DNA of 32,000 nucleotides. Origin: Pasteurella multocida (GTDB taxonomy: Bacteria > Pseudomonadota > Gammaproteobacteria > Enterobacterales > Pasteurellaceae). A program made the position numbers and the translations under genes. Where the stretch lies: the NCBI RefSeq assembly GCF_900187275.1, contig NZ_LT906458.1, forward strand, positions 750,001 through 782,000, in the 5' to 3' direction. The notes beneath the pieces are model-generated. The model saw nothing but the letters and a program-made list of their open reading frames with translations, did not search any database and had not been told where the DNA came from. This document shows, in pieces, positions 31,601 through 32,000 of the stretch. Every line of letters starts with the position of its first letter. The stretch's first letter is position 1.

Positions 31601-32000
31601 GTTAGGCGACGTAAAATATGTTGATTTGCATTTCCTTCTTGACTACCAACAGACACGACTAAAGAAGAATTTTTACCCGTTAAATAACCTGATTTATTAC
31701 TTGCTTTAGCAAGAGAGTTTGCCCCTAGTGCCACATTATTTGCATCTGATTTTGCGTTAGCACCAATTGCAACAGCTTGTTCACCTTCAGCATCTGCACT
31801 AAAACCAACCGCTGTAGATTTTAATCCTGTTGCTTTTGTATCATAACCTAATGCAGTTGCATCTGATGCACTTAACGATTGTGCTCCAACTGCTGTACCA
31901 CGCTGAATTGGTGTGGCCGTTTTATAGTTATTTGAGGCATTACCAATCGAAACATTATCTCCAACAGTTTCTTTCGAGTTAGCTAAATTCGTCCCTGCAT
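25666..32000 (-). CDS. Giant trimeric autotransporter adhesin (YadA/Hia/Hsf-like), 5' end outside the window
   Basis: The frame is open from 25666 to the right window edge (at least 2110 codons). I translated 31735-31998 in frame as AGTNLANSKETVGDNVSIGNASNNYKTATPIQRGTAVGAQSLSASDATALGYDTKATGLKSTAVGFSADAEGEQAVAIGANAKSDANN. The GTG 'start' at 31734 is internal. Contains YadA head repeats, neck/stalk motifs (ITNVAAG..DAVNVKQL, DAVNGSQLH) and a C-terminal anchor ending GGSIGYQW. Confidence 0.95.
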   Translation of the reverse strand, partial: AGTNLANSKETVGDNVSIGNASNNYKTATPIQRGTAVGAQSLSASDATALGYDTKATGLKSTAVGFSADAEGEQAVAIGANAKSDANNVALGANSLAKASNKSGYLTGKNSSLVVSVGSQEGNANQHILRRLTNVADGADEQDAVTVAQLKRVSEDVTTKLQAQFNNLAHSSATSDVKYDLVSPDPNSGANHKITLKENTRLSNVAPAINGTDAVNLNQLRDTINTEKTHYFSVNDKDLTDRPSNYDNDGAVGKLSMAIGQSVIARKERSVAIGNQASAHGVGSIAIGTLYVGSPELDDGKAQSSATNAAISNQPYQYGLAIGAGANSEGNNSLAIGSLAATSNKDIQNGNVDRAIAIGYRAVSSAEKANAIGDRAVANSLTGNAFGSEAFSGAVSSNAIGTKANATGENSIAFGTHQNVTGANSGSIGYAGALGNKETTVISGEGTYSLGNTNSTLTANASGIFGNSNEIKAKENARIVGNKNTIGAIEEKAHVPGTPPAAPANDLKDIYVTGYDNKISSDKKLAKDLSGLFVYGHNNKVAQLPDPDSTEEFTLTDSSVIGANNTLNTKGKNYFVLGNNVTATLENSVYLGADSAYTTGNSTSSMNAYADMANGLNKSGYTFAGSQPVGVVTVGAVGKERRVQNVAAGLVTEASTDAINGSQLFALTRPLRFAGDNSTLSNPNGKPDTDTTVISRSSNQGMKIVGGENDGNKLTTIADKNIGVIANGDDTLEVRLAKTLSNLKDATFGTGTDKTTINKDGMTITNGANTVSLTEGGLNNGGNKITNVAAGDNDTDAVNVKQLNDLKAEGFGLIGEDGQTIKQALGTAIKVTGDNNVNTKILKEGNNPTGLEISLANNVKLGKAPEGTTAGEAGKVTLTDNTGKDRAVLDGTDGSLTLTGNAPQTGSVTAPSAKIKVAEGAPDLENSPATANDPKKKTRITYEIPGAGTNPTVEELATLNDGLKFGANDGTVHNAKLNTQVDVKGKATNTIWGNFDEGQNIMTQINGNTITVALAKALSGLTSATFGDPAGNPKDSAVINKDGLTITDGDKTVKLTDKVLDNGGNQIKNVASGLTKDDGTATTSLKDAVQTNGVNVGDLKTAIDNITAGNNPNGDNNPLGGFGLKDKQGNTFKQNLGETAAVIGDANVNTKVVDFTDPTTNKAGKALEVSLANQLTLGKAADPTVQGSTGEAGKVTLTDDKGKERAKLDGTDGSLTLTGNAPGTAPADAPSAKIKVATGKADLVGTPNDDPNNAPNNKTRITYEIPGAQPTDPATIEELATLNDGLKFGANDGAVHNAKLNSRVDVKGHANNTTWADFDAGQNIMTQIQGNTITVALAKALKDLTSASFVGGTNNTSSVLNGNGLTITKKADAQDPNAKDTVVSLTEKGLDNGGNQIVNVASGLKNKDGDAVALKDATGDVLNNGVNVGDLKDAITNITSATNGGFGLKDKEGNEFKQDLGTAAQITGDDNINTKVVDGKNGGKALEVSLADNITLGKPTEGGVEGVDGSVKVTGKDGASVVLNGKDGTIGLTGPRGADGKSVSTDIGVKEGAAGVDGTDGANGTSKTRIVYTLKDKDGNPIKDANDQPITEEVATLNDGMKFEGNDGTVVTRKLNETLGIKGGIDATTVKDNSKVSSGNLGVRAVKDDQGNPTGSLEVVMKERPEFSGIVLNGKDGQDASIKFTDKDGNESLSMTTTKDKDGNATLSLVNPTADKFVKITGVAEGDISPTSKDAVNGSQLHAVKETAELAASGWNISVNENANNNVSNVKPKHTVDLNNTDGNIVISKTVDNDKHNVTFDLANKVVIGPKDGTNQPQEGAVVISGKEGADGKGSISIAGKDGKDAVAISGKDGVGTIGLTGPAGADGKNANAIIGVKDSVKGLDGNDGKDGNSKTRIVYTKPDGTEEQVATMNDGLVFGADKGTEHKAKLGTTVKVKGDDKNIETEVAGDTIRVRLKDNIDVKGINVTENLTVKEGAKINMGNNVIDGVADGEVSATSKQAVNGSQLHKVQQQVNNQATAINKLGDHINKVDKDLRAGIAGATAVAFLQRPNEAGKSIVSLGVGSYRSESAIAVGYARNSDNNKISIKLGGGMNSRGDVNFGGSIGYQW
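25669..25947 (-). other. YadA-type C-terminal neck and membrane anchor domain of the adhesin
   Basis: INKVDKDLRAGIAGATAVAFLQRPNEAGKSIVSLGVGSYRSESAIAVGYARNSDNNKISIKLGGGMNSRGDVNFGGSIGYQW with terminal aromatic residue. Confidence 0.92.
26845..29640 (-). repeat. Degenerate tandem stalk modules of the adhesin (about 0.85-1.0 kb each): approx. 29640-28795, 28794-27805, 27804-26845
   Basis: Repeated anchors: GFGLIGEDGQTIKQALGTA / GFGLKDKQGNTFKQNLGETA / GFGLKDKEGNEFKQDLGTAA; ELATLNDGLKFGANDG (twice) / EVATLNDGMKFEGNDG / QVATMNDGLVFGADKG (the last at ~26274); IMTQINGNTITVALAKAL / IMTQIQGNTITVALAKAL. Spacing is 311-324 aa. Confidence 0.85.
30540..32000 (-). repeat. YadA-like head repeats of the adhesin
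   Basis: Recurrent AxAIGxxAxAxG-type units: KLSMAIGQSVIARKERSVAIGNQASAHGVGSIAIG; DRAIAIGYRAVSSAEKANAIGDRAVANSLTGNAFGSEAFSGAVSSNAIGTKANATGENSIAFG. Confidence 0.85.

Noticed and set aside
31732-31734. GTG start proposed for the adhesin ORF
   Set aside because: The same frame stays open to base 32000 and continues the head-repeat pattern (AVAIGANAKSDANNVALGANS).

Overview
This 32 kb window looks like a Pasteurellaceae chromosome segment. The order of genes is Haemophilus/Pasteurella-like, and I found ten exact AAGTGCGGT-type DNA uptake signal cores by eye. From 1 to about 25.5 kb it is almost entirely conserved core genes: 3' part of ycaO, zapG/yhcB, a CPBP-family membrane protein, a DUF695-like/RraB-like protein, xthA, acs, folE, moeA, moeB, ubiX, purF, cvpA, yfbV, ackA, pta, rnd, fadD, a Slp-family lipoprotein, tsaB, yoaA, a YeaD-like mutarotase, an AEC-family transporter and yhbY. 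The accessory part is the last 6.3 kb. It is one minus-strand open frame that runs off the right edge and encodes most of a very large trimeric autotransporter adhesin (YadA/Hia/Hsf type). Its parts are head repeats, several ~315-324 aa stalk modules, collagen-like Gly-rich patches and a C-terminal YadA anchor ending in Trp. I found no CRISPR array, prophage, transposase, tRNA, rRNA or defence system, and no convincing new multi-gene system. The most useful leads are the adhesin architecture, the RraB-like fusion protein next to xthA, a possible structured leader upstream of moeA, and a CPBP protein with an altered catalytic motif. Coordinates of short motifs were counted by hand and may be off by 1-2 nt.
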